DNA of 64,000 bases from Alphaproteobacteria bacterium (GCA_964291215.2 OZ219790.1:1376001-1440000), one strand, 5' to 3'. Shown: positions 1 through 10,940, numbered from the stretch's first letter. Notes: a model not told the origin generated them from the sequence alone. Numbers and translations are program-made.

Positions 1-280
1 CCGAAATGCGGAAGCGAACCGGCACAATGTCGAGAAAGGCCGGTGACGAACCGTCGGCCTTCCTGCCGAAATAGTCTCCGACATGGAACTCCAGCTGGTA
101 GATGCCAGCGGCAAGATCGACGCCTTCGAGCAGTGGCTCCTCGCAACGCCCGTCCTCGTTGGTCCGACTTCTCGCAATGCGGAACAGGGTAGAACCATCC
201 AGCCTGTGGAGATCCAGTTCGACGCCCGCTGCCGGCATACCGCCAGCGAGGTCAAGTACATGCGTCGTCAAACGCCCCAT
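1..280 (-). CDS. uraH: 5-hydroxyisourate hydrolase (transthyretin-like), 3' end runs off window
   Basis: Manual minus-strand translation from ATG at 280: MGRLTTHVLDLAGGMPAAGV...RTNEDGR...GIYQLEFHVGDYF...FLDIVPVRF (HIUase motifs); divergent from puuE. Not in the supplied ORF track. Confidence 0.92.
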   Translation of the reverse strand, partial: MGRLTTHVLDLAGGMPAAGVELDLHRLDGSTLFRIARSRTNEDGRCEEPLLEGVDLAAGIYQLEFHVGDYFGRKADGSSPAFLDIVPVRFRIS

Positions 281-681
281 ACCCGTCTCCCGGGAAGAGA
301 AGGATTGCCGGACAGCGGCGACAGGCTATCCGCCGTCATCTCCCGGCTGCCGGACTGTCCGACCGTGCCGCGGTCGGCCCGGAGGTCGCCACCATCGCCG
401 TCCCGCAACGTCAATCCGCATAATACCGCGCCACGGAAAACTTGGCGAGTTCCGTCAGACGGGCCGGGAAAGGACAGTCCGGCCGCCCCGGGATTGGCGA
501 CCGCTGCATGCCTCCCGGCAACATGCGGGGCTTGCGCAACCGTGGAGAACCTGTCTGGAACTGCGCCGCGGAACCGCCCGCACCACCGTCCTCGCGGACA
601 TCCGCCTTGAACTTTTGCGGGCGCAGGCGAAAATGCACCTGCTTTCGGCCCGAGGGTCCCGACAGGCGAGTTGAGATTCCG

Positions 682-1602
682 ATGGATTCACCCTACCCGC
701 GCGACCTCGCCGGCTACGGCGCCAGCCCGCCGCAGGCAAACTGGCCCGGCGGCGCCCGCCTGGCCCTGCAGTTCGTCATCAACTACGAGGAAGGTGGAGA
801 AAACGCCGTCATCCACGGCGATCCGGCCTCCGAGGCATTTCTCTCCGAGATCATCGGCGCCGACGCACGCGCAGGCGTCCGCCACATGAGCATGGAGTCG
901 ATCTACGAATACGGCAGCAGGGCCGGAGTCTGGAGGCTGCTACGGCTGTTCGGCGACCACGAGATCCCGGTCACCTTCTTCGCGATTGCAATGGCGCTCG
1001 AGCGCACCCCAGCAGTCGCCGACGCCGCGCTCGCCGCCGGACACGAGATGTGCAGCCATGGCTGGCGCTGGATCGACTATCAGTACGTGCCCCCCGATGT
1101 CGAACAGGAACACCTCATGCGGGCCATCGACATCCACACCCGGATCTGCGGTGAACGCCCGCTCGGCTGGTACACCGGACGTACCAGTCCCAACACCCGG
1201 CACCTCGTCGCCGATGAGGGCGGATTCCTCTACGACGCCGACGACTACAATGACGATCTCCCCTACTGGACAGAAGCCGCCGGCAAGCCGCACCTCGTGG
1301 TCCCATATACCCTGGACGCTAACGACATGCGCTTCGCAACCGCCCAGGGATTCAATTCGGGCGACCAGTTCCTGACCTACCTGAAAGACACGTTCGACAC
1401 GCTTTACGAAGAGGGCGCGACCACCCCGAAAATGATGTCGGTCGGACTGCACTGCCGGCTAGCCGGGCGCCCGGGACGGTTCGCCGCCCTCAAGCGCTTC
1501 GTCGAATACGCACGAGGGCATGATGATGTCTGGTTCTGCCGGCGCATCGACATCGCCCGCCACTGGCGCGAGCGCCATCCTCACGGCGACGGGACGCGGT
1601 AG
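682..1602 (+). CDS. puuE: Allantoinase PuuE (polysaccharide deacetylase fold)
   Basis: YPRDLAGYG...ARLALQFVINYEEGGE...SMESIYEYGSRAG...HGWRWIDYQ...PKMMSVGLHCRLAGRPGR; start trimmed to MDSPYPRD. Confidence 0.95.
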   Translation: MDSPYPRDLAGYGASPPQANWPGGARLALQFVINYEEGGENAVIHGDPASEAFLSEIIGADARAGVRHMSMESIYEYGSRAGVWRLLRLFGDHEIPVTFFAIAMALERTPAVADAALAAGHEMCSHGWRWIDYQYVPPDVEQEHLMRAIDIHTRICGERPLGWYTGRTSPNTRHLVADEGGFLYDADDYNDDLPYWTEAAGKPHLVVPYTLDANDMRFATAQGFNSGDQFLTYLKDTFDTLYEEGATTPKMMSVGLHCRLAGRPGRFAALKRFVEYARGHDDVWFCRRIDIARHWRERHPHGDGTR

Positions 1603-1606
1603 CGTC

Positions 1607-2125
1607 GTGGCTCCCCCCGAAACCCGGCATGCCGGCAGCCTGTTGCCCGCCGAGCTCCCAAGCACCCTCGACGGCATCTACGAGCACTCGCCATGGGTCG
1701 CCGAGCGGATCGATCCGGCAGTGATTTCCGTCGGCGCGGATGTCGTTGCCTCTCTGGCCACGGCCATGCGCAACATCGTCGACAATGCCGGCGAAGACCT
1801 GCAGCTCGCGCTGCTGCGCGCCCATCCGGATCTCGCCGGCAGGCTTGCCGTCGGCGAAGCTCTCACCGATGCTTCCGCAGGCGAACAGGCGGGCGCAGGA
1901 CTGGACCGGTGTTCGCCGGAGGAATTCGAGGAGTTCCGGTCGCTCAACGATCGCTACAAGGAAAAGTTCGGGTTTCCCTTCATCCTCGCGGTGCGCGGCC
2001 GCGCCCGCAGCGAGATACTGCGCATCTTCCGCCAACGCGTGGACAATGACCGCCGCGCGGAGTTCACGGAGGCACTTGAACAAGTGCACAGGATCGCGCG
2101 GTTGCGCCTCGAGGATAGATTCTGA
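1607..2125 (+). CDS. uraD: OHCU decarboxylase
   Basis: GIYEHSPWVAE...LLRAHPDLAG...SAGEQAGAGL...LNDRYKEKFGFPFILAVRG...QVHRIARLRL; directly after puuE; start codon uncertain. Confidence 0.92.
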   Translation: MAPPETRHAGSLLPAELPSTLDGIYEHSPWVAERIDPAVISVGADVVASLATAMRNIVDNAGEDLQLALLRAHPDLAGRLAVGEALTDASAGEQAGAGLDRCSPEEFEEFRSLNDRYKEKFGFPFILAVRGRARSEILRIFRQRVDNDRRAEFTEALEQVHRIARLRLEDRF

Positions 2126-2674
2126 CGGACGGCAAAGAGACGCTCCGGCAGTCCCCGCCCGTACCGGCTGCCCACACCGGCCCTGGCGGTTTTGGCCTGC
2201 GAGGGCCCAAATACAGCGACGCAGTGCATCGTGAGCGTCTGTTTCGATGTCGGGCGCTCGCACGCGGTGCCATGCCGATCGGCCAGCACAAACACCCTAA
2301 TGGCTGGAACGCACGGTTTTTCCCCGGGATTTCCCCGGAAAATCTGCTCGAACAGTGGACGAAACGACGCCTCGGCCAATTGCGGCCTTGCTCGCCGCGG
2401 CATCCGCGGACGTCATCGTCCTGTCAGCACGATGGAACTCGCACTTGATGGGTGGGTGGCCCACCGAAAGGTTGGACGAGCCGGTTCCGAGGCGTCCGAG
2501 TTCAACGGGAAGAGGGGTCAGGGCGGCGGAGGCCATTTTTTCGCTTCGCCAAATTCCTCGCGCCATCCCGGCTTCCCTTCTCAGGATTGGCGGCGGTTGG
2601 GCGATGTGAAGTCGCAGCCTCCTCCCGTCGTAGCCGGCCAGAACCAACCGGCGGCGCCAAGATGAACCTCCGAC

Positions 2675-2741
2675 GTAACTGCTCACCCGCTGGTTCCCGC
2701 TTGATGTCGGGGTAGAGCAACGAAATGCAATACTGCATGCC
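2675..2741 (+). mobile_element. Solo IS66-family left-end remnant
   Basis: GTAACTGCTCACCCGCTGGTTCCCGCTTGATGTCGGGGTAGAGCAACGAA is nearly identical to the element ends at 13004 (+) and 17504 (-). Confidence 0.8.
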
Positions 2742-2947
2742 GGAGACCTGACCCGCGATCGCCGGACGTTCTACCAGCGGAGCGCGCCGCGCAGCATTAG
2801 GCTGTCTTCGGGAGCCGGCCCTGCCGGTGTGCGCCCTCGAGGCCGAGCACCGTCCAGAAACCGCTTCCGCCGGTGCCTCGCGAGTGCGGGGAACAGCCGA
2901 CTGTACGCTACGAGCAAGCGACCGACAGCGGGTACCCGGAAAACCCG

Positions 2948-4255
2948 TCAGAAGGCTGCGTCCCGGCCCTGCACCTTCGCGATCTCCCTGGCATTCGGGT
3001 TGACCGACGGCCGAAACGGAATCTCGACCACCCGCCCGCCGGCCGCCTTGCCGGGTTCGGTCTGGTACTGCTCCGGAAGCCATATCCTGACGGCGGTGCC
3101 GATTTCCGACATTGCGATCGGCACATACCCCATCGCGATGTTGGTCTCCAGTTCCGGCGAATACCACGGAGAGGTGACGTAACCGACCGGATCGCCTCCG
3201 TCGGCTCCGGAAATCAGCCAGAAATCAGAGGCATAGTCTTCGACAGGCTTGCCTTCGAATGCCATGCCGACAAGCGTCAGCTTGAACGGCGGGTTGCCGG
3301 CCTCTACCTCGGCGCGCACCTGTTCCAGCCTTGCCCTGCCGATGTAGTCGGCCTCCTTGGTGCGTGGCACCTGATAGCCGAGATTGCACTGGAACGGCAG
3401 GGTCTCGGCATCCAGGTCCTGGCCCCAGGACAGGATACCGGCGGCGATCCGGCGATGATGCGCCGGCGCAATGACCATCAGCTCATGTGGCTTTCCCGCC
3501 TCGAGAACGGCATACCAGAGCTTTTCGGCATGCAGCGTCGCATCGCGGAGATAAAACTCGTAGCCCTTCTCACCGGAAAAGCCTGTCTGGGAAACAACGA
3601 CGTCGCAGCCGGCGACGTGGGCCTCCATCAGGCCGTAGGATCGCAGGTTGCGAACCTCCTCGCCGATCAGGTCGGCCATCAGATCGACGGATTTCGGTCC
3701 CTGGATCTGCAGCGGGCAGACATCGATCTCGTCGATCTCGACATCGGCCTTGAAACCGGTGTTCACGCCCTGGAGCCAGAACATGATGTCGGAGTCGGAC
3801 AGGCTGAACCAGAACTCGTTTTCGGACAGGCGCAGAAGCACTGGATCGTTGAGAATCCCGCCCTTCTCGTTGCAGAGAATGACGTACTTGCCGTTCATCG
3901 GCTCAATGCGGCCGGCGTCGCGGGTAATGACGTGGTTGACGAAGGCTTCGGCGTCCGGGCCGGCGACGCGGACCTGGCGTTCGACCGCGACGTTCCACAT
4001 GGTGACATGGTCGACCAGAGCACCGTACTCGACCATCGCGCCGCCGTCTTCCGGTCTGACATAGCCGCGCGGATGGTAGGTTCGGTTATAGACGGTCGCG
4101 CGCCAGCAACCGGCCTCGTGCGACAGGTGCCAGTAGGGCGACTTGCGCACCCGTGTCGATATCAGCAGTTCCGTCGGCGTCGGCCCCGACTGGCGCAGGT
4201 TGATCGGCACCTTGCGGTCGGACTGGTCGACCGAATTCTCATAATTGACGGCCAT
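2948..4255 (-). CDS. GcvT-family THF-dependent aminomethyltransferase (DmdA-like; substrate unknown)
   Basis: STRVRKSPYW...VTMWNVAVERQ...GGILNDPVLLRL...QIQGPKS...SQTGFSGEKGYE...RRIAAGILSWGQD...VTSPWYSPELETNIAMGYV. Confidence 0.85.
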   Translation of the reverse strand: MAVNYENSVDQSDRKVPINLRQSGPTPTELLISTRVRKSPYWHLSHEAGCWRATVYNRTYHPRGYVRPEDGGAMVEYGALVDHVTMWNVAVERQVRVAGPDAEAFVNHVITRDAGRIEPMNGKYVILCNEKGGILNDPVLLRLSENEFWFSLSDSDIMFWLQGVNTGFKADVEIDEIDVCPLQIQGPKSVDLMADLIGEEVRNLRSYGLMEAHVAGCDVVVSQTGFSGEKGYEFYLRDATLHAEKLWYAVLEAGKPHELMVIAPAHHRRIAAGILSWGQDLDAETLPFQCNLGYQVPRTKEADYIGRARLEQVRAEVEAGNPPFKLTLVGMAFEGKPVEDYASDFWLISGADGGDPVGYVTSPWYSPELETNIAMGYVPIAMSEIGTAVRIWLPEQYQTEPGKAAGGRVVEIPFRPSVNPNAREIAKVQGRDAAF

Positions 4256-4669
4256 CGGACATTCATCCTGTGATGCGTCGACGCTTATGGTGTCGCGCAG
4301 TGATTGCATAGGCCTCCGCGGGCGGCGCTCCCCGCCGGATACCGCCTCCGGGCGGGGAACTCCGGCAAACCTGCCCGCGGCATCGTCCCGATCGGAACGG
4401 ACCCACAGGGCAACCGCGAATCTGTGGAGGTGGTCCTTATGCCCCAGGCGGCGGCAAGTCAATACCGCATTCCGGTCTTTTTTTGCACGGTGTCACATGT
4501 CGTCCGCCAGGCGTTCTGGACCGCTCCGAACGGACGGTCCGGCATACCTGCCTGGACAGGGGAATGCGACGAGGACCCGGCGCTGGGCGGCATCGTCCGG
4601 GCGCTATCGCAGTCGGGCGACGATTGTGCGACAGTAGATCGGGCGAGCCAGCAAGGCGCGGAGGGCACG

Positions 4670-7105
4670 TTGAAAACGCATGCGCGGGTAGTCGTGATCG
4701 GCGGCGGCGTGGTCGGCGTCTCGACGCTTTACCACCTTGCCAGAAAGGGGTGGTCCGATGTCGTTCTCTGCGAACGCACCGAACTGACAGCCGGGTCGAC
4801 ATGGCATGCGGCGGGACTGCTGCCGCTGTTCAACATGAGCTACGGCGTCGGACAGCTGCACAAGTATTCCGTCGACCTCTACAAGGCCTTGCCGGCCGAG
4901 ACCGGTCAGGATGTGAGCTTCCATGTCACCGGCAACCTGCGACTCGCGACCAACCGCGAACGCATGGACGAGTACCGCAAGTACTGCGGAACCGCCAACA
5001 CCATCGGCGTGCCGTTCGAGATCGTCACGCCTGCCGAGATCGCGGAGCTGTGGCCGCTCTGCAATGTCGAGGGGCTCGTCGGTGCGCTCTATCATCCCCA
5101 TGACGGCCACATCGCGCCAGCGGACATCACCCAGGCAATGGCGACGGGCGCCCGCAACAGAAGCGCGGAGATCTACCGTAACACTTCCGTCACCGCGCTG
5201 GAGCAGACGCCCGGCAGCGAATGGCTGGTCCGGACGACGGGTGGTGACATAACCTGTGAACACATCGTCTGCGCAACCGGCAACTACAGCTGGCATACCA
5301 GCCAGATGCTCGGAATCTACATCCCGACCATCCCGGTCGAGCACCAGTACATCGTCACCGACGAGGTGCCCGAACTCGTCGAGCGGCACCGGCAGGGTCT
5401 CCCGGAAATGGCGGTGCTACGCGAATCGGACGCGTCCTACTACCTGCGCGAGGAGCGCCAAGGCTACATTCTCGGACCGTACGAGAAGGGCGCGCCGGCG
5501 CGCTTCAAGGACGGCGTCCCTGACAGCTTCGAACGCGACCTGTTTCCCGGCGACCTCGACCGGCTGATGCCGCATGTCGAGGCGGCCATCAACCGCGTGC
5601 CAAGCTTCGAGCATGCCGGCATCAAGGACATCGTCAACGGCCCGATCGCCTACACCCCGGATGGCAATCCTCTGGTCGGACCGGCCTGGAACCTGCGGAA
5701 CGTCTGGCTGAACGAGGGCCACAGCTTCGGCATCACCGCCGCTGGCGGCGCCGGCTGGCAGCTGGCCGAATGGATCGTCGAAGGTCAGCCGTCGATCGAC
5801 ATGATGGATGTCGACCCCCGCCGCTTCGGCGCCTATGCCAACAAGCCTTACGTCAAGGCCAAGAACGAGGAAGCCTACGAGCACGTCTTCATCATTCACT
5901 ATCCGGACGAGGAGCGGCCTGCCGCGCGTCCGGCCAAGACCAGCCCGATCCACGATCTCCTCGACGGCATGGGCGCGGTCTGGGGCCAGCGCTATGGCTG
6001 GGAGCGGCCCAACTGGTTCGCGGCCGAGGGCGTCGAGCGCAAGGATGTCTGGAGCTTCCGGCGCACCAACTATTTCCCCCATGTGGGGCGCGAGCACCGC
6101 AACGTCCGCGACAATGTCGGCATCATCGACATCACGGGCTTCTCCAAGTTCCTGGTCTCCGGACCCGGCGCCGAAGCCTGGCTGGATCGGCTCGTCTGCC
6201 GCCGGCTGCCCAGAGCGACGGGCCGCGTCAACCTGTCGCACGCCCTGACCCCGACGGGCGGCGTGCGCTCCGAATTCACGATCATGCGCGACGGCCCACA
6301 TTGCTTCTACCTCGTAAGCTCGGGCGCCGCCGAGCGGTTTGACGGCGACTATCTCGCGAAGAATTTGCCGCCCGACGGCAGCGTCCGCCTCGACAACCTG
6401 ACGACGTCGCATGCCACGCTCGTGATCGCCGGTCCGAACGCACGCGCGGTAATGTCGAAGATTACAGAGACCGATCTCGACAATGAATCGTTCAAGTGGC
6501 TGACCGGGCAGCACACCCATGTCGGACTGGCGCCGGCACGGCTGATGCGGCTCAATTTCGTCGGCGAGCTCGGCTGGGAAATTCACCACCCCGTCGAATA
6601 CCAGCGGCACATTTTCCTCGAACTCATGCGCGCCGGCGCCGAATTCGATATCGGCCAGTGCGGGATGCGGGCCATGGATTCGTTGAGGATCGAGAAGTCC
6701 TATCGCATGTGGGCCCAGGATCTGACCCGCGAATACACCATCCTGGAAGCAGGCCTCGGACGGTTCGCCGCCATCGACAAGGGGGAGTTTGTCGGCCGCG
6801 AAGCACTCGTACGCCAACAGGCGGAAGGCGTGCCGCGGAAATTCGTCACCATGGAGGTTGAGGGCATCGAGGACGCCGACCCCAACGGCAACGAGCCATT
6901 GTGGCGGGATGGCGCCATGATCGGACGCGCCACCGCCGGCGCCTACGGCCATCACGTGGAGAAGTCGCTGGCGATCGGCTATGTCGATGCCGGGCACGGA
7001 GAGGTCGGCACGCTGCTCGAAATCGAGATCCTGGGGAAGCGTCATCCGGCGCGCGTGATCCCCGAATCCCCGCACGATCCCGGCAACGAGCGACTCCGCG
7101 CCTGA
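4670..7105 (+). CDS. Dimethylglycine/sarcosine dehydrogenase (FAD oxidoreductase + GcvT domains)
   Basis: TTG start after GAGGG; VVVIGGGVVG, ELTAGSTWHAAG, NGPIAYTPDG, GWERPNWF, FVGELGWEIH, DSLRIEKSYR, DPGNERLRA. Confidence 0.9.
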   Translation: MKTHARVVVIGGGVVGVSTLYHLARKGWSDVVLCERTELTAGSTWHAAGLLPLFNMSYGVGQLHKYSVDLYKALPAETGQDVSFHVTGNLRLATNRERMDEYRKYCGTANTIGVPFEIVTPAEIAELWPLCNVEGLVGALYHPHDGHIAPADITQAMATGARNRSAEIYRNTSVTALEQTPGSEWLVRTTGGDITCEHIVCATGNYSWHTSQMLGIYIPTIPVEHQYIVTDEVPELVERHRQGLPEMAVLRESDASYYLREERQGYILGPYEKGAPARFKDGVPDSFERDLFPGDLDRLMPHVEAAINRVPSFEHAGIKDIVNGPIAYTPDGNPLVGPAWNLRNVWLNEGHSFGITAAGGAGWQLAEWIVEGQPSIDMMDVDPRRFGAYANKPYVKAKNEEAYEHVFIIHYPDEERPAARPAKTSPIHDLLDGMGAVWGQRYGWERPNWFAAEGVERKDVWSFRRTNYFPHVGREHRNVRDNVGIIDITGFSKFLVSGPGAEAWLDRLVCRRLPRATGRVNLSHALTPTGGVRSEFTIMRDGPHCFYLVSSGAAERFDGDYLAKNLPPDGSVRLDNLTTSHATLVIAGPNARAVMSKITETDLDNESFKWLTGQHTHVGLAPARLMRLNFVGELGWEIHHPVEYQRHIFLELMRAGAEFDIGQCGMRAMDSLRIEKSYRMWAQDLTREYTILEAGLGRFAAIDKGEFVGREALVRQQAEGVPRKFVTMEVEGIEDADPNGNEPLWRDGAMIGRATAGAYGHHVEKSLAIGYVDAGHGEVGTLLEIEILGKRHPARVIPESPHDPGNERLRA

Positions 7106-7141
7106 CGTCCCCCGCGCCTCCGGCCGACGCCGGATCTGGCG

Positions 7142-7681
7142 TCAGGCCTGCGGCCCGTATTCGAGCGCCGCGTCCTCAAGCCAGCGCCGCGCGTAGTCGG
7201 CGAAGCTCTGCGCAATCGTGATCTCGTAACCCGGCTCGTCGGCCGGACGACGCAGCAGGACAGGCACCTTCGCAAGCAGGCTGCGGGCACAGCGACCGGC
7301 GCCCAGCCGGTCGAGGTCCAGGGTCATGCCCTTGGCCAGCACATCCTGCGCGTGCTGGCCGGTGAGGAAGAAGGTAACGCTGCCGTCGCCAACGACGGTG
7401 ACCGCGGCATGCAACCTGGCAAGCGCCTCTTCGAGCCGCTTTGCGACCTCGTTCCCGCGGTCTGTCTCGACCAGCCACTCGTCGGGTCCAAGCCAGAGGA
7501 TCCGCGCGTCGTCCCCCTGATGCACGGCGCCCGGCACGACGGGCGGCTCGACGCCGATGACGGCCGCAACCCCGCCCGCGAAGGCCGGGTCATCCGGGTT
7601 GCCGCGCAGATTGATGCGCCCCCGCGGCGGGCATTCCGTCAGCGCCACCGGCGGGACCGAGGCTTCGGCGGATTTATCCAT
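7142..7681 (-). CDS. soxG: Sarcosine oxidase gamma subunit
   Basis: INLRG...WLGPDEWL...DVLAKG...SFADY..WLEDAALEY; overlaps soxA stop. Confidence 0.9.
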   Translation of the reverse strand: MDKSAEASVPPVALTECPPRGRINLRGNPDDPAFAGGVAAVIGVEPPVVPGAVHQGDDARILWLGPDEWLVETDRGNEVAKRLEEALARLHAAVTVVGDGSVTFFLTGQHAQDVLAKGMTLDLDRLGAGRCARSLLAKVPVLLRRPADEPGYEITIAQSFADYARRWLEDAALEYGPQA

Positions 7682-10643
7682 GGAGGCGCTCTCCGCCGGG
7701 ATCGTAGAAACGCGGATCACAGATTGCCGCCCGCGCAACGCCATCATCGAGCGGTACATGGACGGTTGGCGACTCGCGGTCGCGACCGCCGTTCACCAGC
7801 GCCAGCGCGATCGAGCGTCCGAGGGTTGCGCTCCAGTAGCTCGACGTGACATGGCCGATCATGGTTTCGGGAAAACCGGACGGCGGCGCCGGCAGGATTT
7901 GTGCGCCTTCGGGCAGGACCTGTTCCGGATCCTCCGTCTTGAGGCCGACCAGACGTTTGCGCATCGGATCGATCATCCCGCTTCGCGAGAGCGAACGGCG
8001 GCCGATAAAGTCCTTCTTCCTGCTCAGGATCCAGCTCATCTCGAGATCATGCGGCGTGACCGTGCCGTCGGTTTCCTGGCCGACTGCAATGAAGCCCTTC
8101 TCCGCCCGCAGCACATGCATGGCGTCGGTTCCGAAAGGGGTGATGCCGCGCCCCTGCTCCATCAGCGCCGTCCACAGGGTCATGCCGTGGCCTGACGGGA
8201 CCACGATCTCGTAGGACAGCTCGCCGGTGTAGCTGACCCGGAACAGCTGCGCCGGAAGCCCCGCTACGTGGCCCCGGCGCCAGCTCATGAACGGAAAAGC
8301 TCCCGGTGCGAGATCGACGTCACCAGTGAGCCCGGCGAGTACCTCGCGGGCCATCGGACCCGCGAGAGCGGCAGTGCAGAACTGCTCCGTCTGCGACGTC
8401 AGATAGACCCTGAGTTCGGGCCATTCGGTCTGCAGCCACTCCTCCAGCCATGCAAGGACACGGGCCGCATTGCCGGAGGTCGTGGTCATCAGGTATCGGT
8501 TCTCGCCGAGACGCGCGGTCACCCCGTCATCGAACACCATGCCGTCTTCGCCCAGCATCAACCCGTAACGGCAACGGTCCACCTCGAGCCGGTCCCATGC
8601 GTTGGTGCAGATGCGATTGAGGAATTCAGCCGCATCCGGTCCCTGGATCGAGATCTTTCCGAGCGTCGACGCATCCATGACGCCGACGGCATGGCGCACG
8701 GCAAGACACTCCCGCGAGACGGCGTCGTGCCTGTTCTCGCCGGGCTTCGGATAGTAGAAGGGCCTCTTCCACTGACCGACATCCTCGAAGACGGCGCCGT
8801 TCTCCTCGTGCCAGGACTGCATCGGCGTGCGACGGACCGGATCCGCAAGGTCCCCGACATCGCGGCCCGCCATGGCGCCGAAGGTGACGGGCGTGTAAGG
8901 CGGCCGGAAAGTCGTCGTGCCGATATCCGCAACCGGCACGCCCCGCGCGCCAGCGAGGATGGCGAGCCCGGCCAGATTCGCTGTCTTGCCCTGATCAGTT
9001 CCCATGCCAAGGGTCGTGTACCGCTTGAGATGCTCGACTGATTCATATCCCTCGCGCGCAGCGAGCTCGACATCGGCGGCGGTGACATCATTCTGGAAGT
9101 CGACAAAACGCCGCGCTTCACCGCCTGCCGTCCGGGCCGGAACCAGCAACAGCGCAACCGGCGGCGCCTCGGCTGCAACGGCGGCCTCCGCGATGTCGCT
9201 GTCGTTCGAGGCCGCGCCTGCGGCGGCGCGGCCCTCGCGGATGCAGGAGATGGTATCGGTGGCACCGTTGACCGCGCCCGCCGAGCGCAGGCGCTGCAGT
9301 GAGCCCACGGGCACGAAACCACGCAACGCCTCGTCGTAGCGCAGCTTTCCCCCGGACTGGGAATGGAGATGCACGGCCGGATTCCAGCCGCCGGACATGG
9401 CAATCAGATCGCAATCAAGGCTGCGCCCCGGCCCCGCGATGGCGCCATCGGCGCCAAGCGGGGCGACATGGGCCGAACGCACGCGTCGGCGCCCGGCGGT
9501 ATCGACCACGGCCTGGCCTTGCAGGACCTCGACCCCGGCCGCGCGAGCCGCCGCCGCAGGCGCCGCTTCATCCTGCCTGAGATCGACGACCGCGGCGATC
9601 TCGATGCCGCGCCGCGCGAGATCGAGGGCCGTGCCGTAGGCGCTGTCGTCGTTGGTGACGACCAGCGCACGCCGGCCCGGGCGCACCGCAAAGCGGTTCG
9701 CGTAGGCGCGCGCCGCGCCGGCCAGCATGATTCCGGGCCGGTCGTTGTTCGCGAAGATCAGCGGCCGCTCGATCGCACCCGTAGCCAGGATCACGGCGTC
9801 CGCGCGGATCCGCCACAGGCGCTGACGCGGAAGATGCTCCGGCGCCAGCGGGCCGAGGTGGTCGGTGACCTGTTCCAGCGCGGTCAGGAAATTATGATCG
9901 AAATACCCGGTCACGGTCGTCCGCGCCAAGATCCGGACATTGTTCATGGCTTCGAGGGCGACGGCCGTTTCCGCAGCCCACCGGGCGCCGAACCCGTCCT
10001 CCGGTTCGGCCATGTTCAGGAGCGAACCGCCCGGGAGACTCCCGTCGTCGGCAAGCAGGACCCGGCCTCCGCCGTGCGCGGCGGCCTCCGCCGCAGCAAG
10101 CCCGGCCGGACCGGCGCCGACGACCAGGACATCGCAATGCGCATTCATGCGCTCGTAGCGATCCGGATCCGGACCGTCGGGTGCACGACCGAGACCCGCC
10201 ATGCGCCGGATCATCCGCTCGTAGAAATGCCAGCCGCGCCGCGGCCACATGAAGGTCTTGTAGTAGAATCCGGCGGGAATGAGCCGATGCGCCAGGTCAT
10301 TGACTGCCGCGGCGTCGAAACCGGGTCCGGGCCAGCAATTGACGCTCGCCGCGGCCAGTCCCTCATAAAGCTCGATCCGGGTGGCCCGAAGATTGGGGAT
10401 GCTGCGCGGGCCCGACTCCAGTTGCACCAGCGCGTTCGGCTCCTCGGCACCCGCGGACAGGATGCCGCGGGGACGGTGGTACTTGAAGCTCCGCCCGACC
10501 AGGTGCACGCCGTTGGCGAGGAGTGCCGAGGCCAGCGTGTCGCCGCCAAGACCGGTGTAGCTGCGCCCGTTGAAGGAGAAGCCGACCGACCGCGACCGGT
10601 CGACCGCGCCTCCGTCGGGCAAACGGTGCGGCTGACCGGTCAC
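7674..10643 (-). CDS. soxA: Sarcosine oxidase alpha subunit
   Basis: GDTLASALLANG...GRSFKYHRPRG, FVDFQNDVT, EHLKRYTTLGMGTDQGKT, TTFRPPYTP, C-terminal GcvT domain. Confidence 0.96.
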   Translation of the reverse strand: MTGQPHRLPDGGAVDRSRSVGFSFNGRSYTGLGGDTLASALLANGVHLVGRSFKYHRPRGILSAGAEEPNALVQLESGPRSIPNLRATRIELYEGLAAASVNCWPGPGFDAAAVNDLAHRLIPAGFYYKTFMWPRRGWHFYERMIRRMAGLGRAPDGPDPDRYERMNAHCDVLVVGAGPAGLAAAEAAAHGGGRVLLADDGSLPGGSLLNMAEPEDGFGARWAAETAVALEAMNNVRILARTTVTGYFDHNFLTALEQVTDHLGPLAPEHLPRQRLWRIRADAVILATGAIERPLIFANNDRPGIMLAGAARAYANRFAVRPGRRALVVTNDDSAYGTALDLARRGIEIAAVVDLRQDEAAPAAAARAAGVEVLQGQAVVDTAGRRRVRSAHVAPLGADGAIAGPGRSLDCDLIAMSGGWNPAVHLHSQSGGKLRYDEALRGFVPVGSLQRLRSAGAVNGATDTISCIREGRAAAGAASNDSDIAEAAVAAEAPPVALLLVPARTAGGEARRFVDFQNDVTAADVELAAREGYESVEHLKRYTTLGMGTDQGKTANLAGLAILAGARGVPVADIGTTTFRPPYTPVTFGAMAGRDVGDLADPVRRTPMQSWHEENGAVFEDVGQWKRPFYYPKPGENRHDAVSRECLAVRHAVGVMDASTLGKISIQGPDAAEFLNRICTNAWDRLEVDRCRYGLMLGEDGMVFDDGVTARLGENRYLMTTTSGNAARVLAWLEEWLQTEWPELRVYLTSQTEQFCTAALAGPMAREVLAGLTGDVDLAPGAFPFMSWRRGHVAGLPAQLFRVSYTGELSYEIVVPSGHGMTLWTALMEQGRGITPFGTDAMHVLRAEKGFIAVGQETDGTVTPHDLEMSWILSRKKDFIGRRSLSRSGMIDPMRKRLVGLKTEDPEQVLPEGAQILPAPPSGFPETMIGHVTSSYWSATLGRSIALALVNGGRDRESPTVHVPLDDGVARAAICDPRFYDPGGERLHG

Positions 10644-10933
10644 GGGGCGTCTCCGCCGCCATCGTCCGGCGGCACCTCGCCCATCAGGTAGACCGAAATG
10701 ATCTCGTGGGTCACCGTGTGGCGCTCGACATTGAACCAGCGCCCGCAGCCGTGGCTATGGCACCACCGTTCGCGGTGCCGGCCTCTGGGATTGGCGCGCA
10801 TGAACAGGTAGTCGGCCCACTGCGCGTCGTCGAGAGCATCCGGGTCGGCCGGCCGCCGGATGTGGGCTTCGCCGCCACACGTGAACTCGCTCTCGTCGCG
10901 CTCGCCGCACCAGGGGCAGGAAATCAGGAGCAT
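10640..10933 (-). CDS. soxD: Sarcosine oxidase delta subunit
   Basis: MLLISCPWCGERDESEF..GGEAHI.RP...ERW.H.HGC.RWFN..R.TVTHEI. Confidence 0.95.
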   Translation of the reverse strand: MLLISCPWCGERDESEFTCGGEAHIRRPADPDALDDAQWADYLFMRANPRGRHRERWCHSHGCGRWFNVERHTVTHEIISVYLMGEVPPDDGGGDAP

Positions 10934-10940
10934 CCCGTCC

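Noticed and set aside
4304-4669. Long N-terminal extensions in the ORF track (also rnj, coaX, nuoG, nuoE, nuoI, DUF262, LLM)
   Set aside because: Open-frame run-ons in high-GC DNA; real starts are downstream at conserved N-termini
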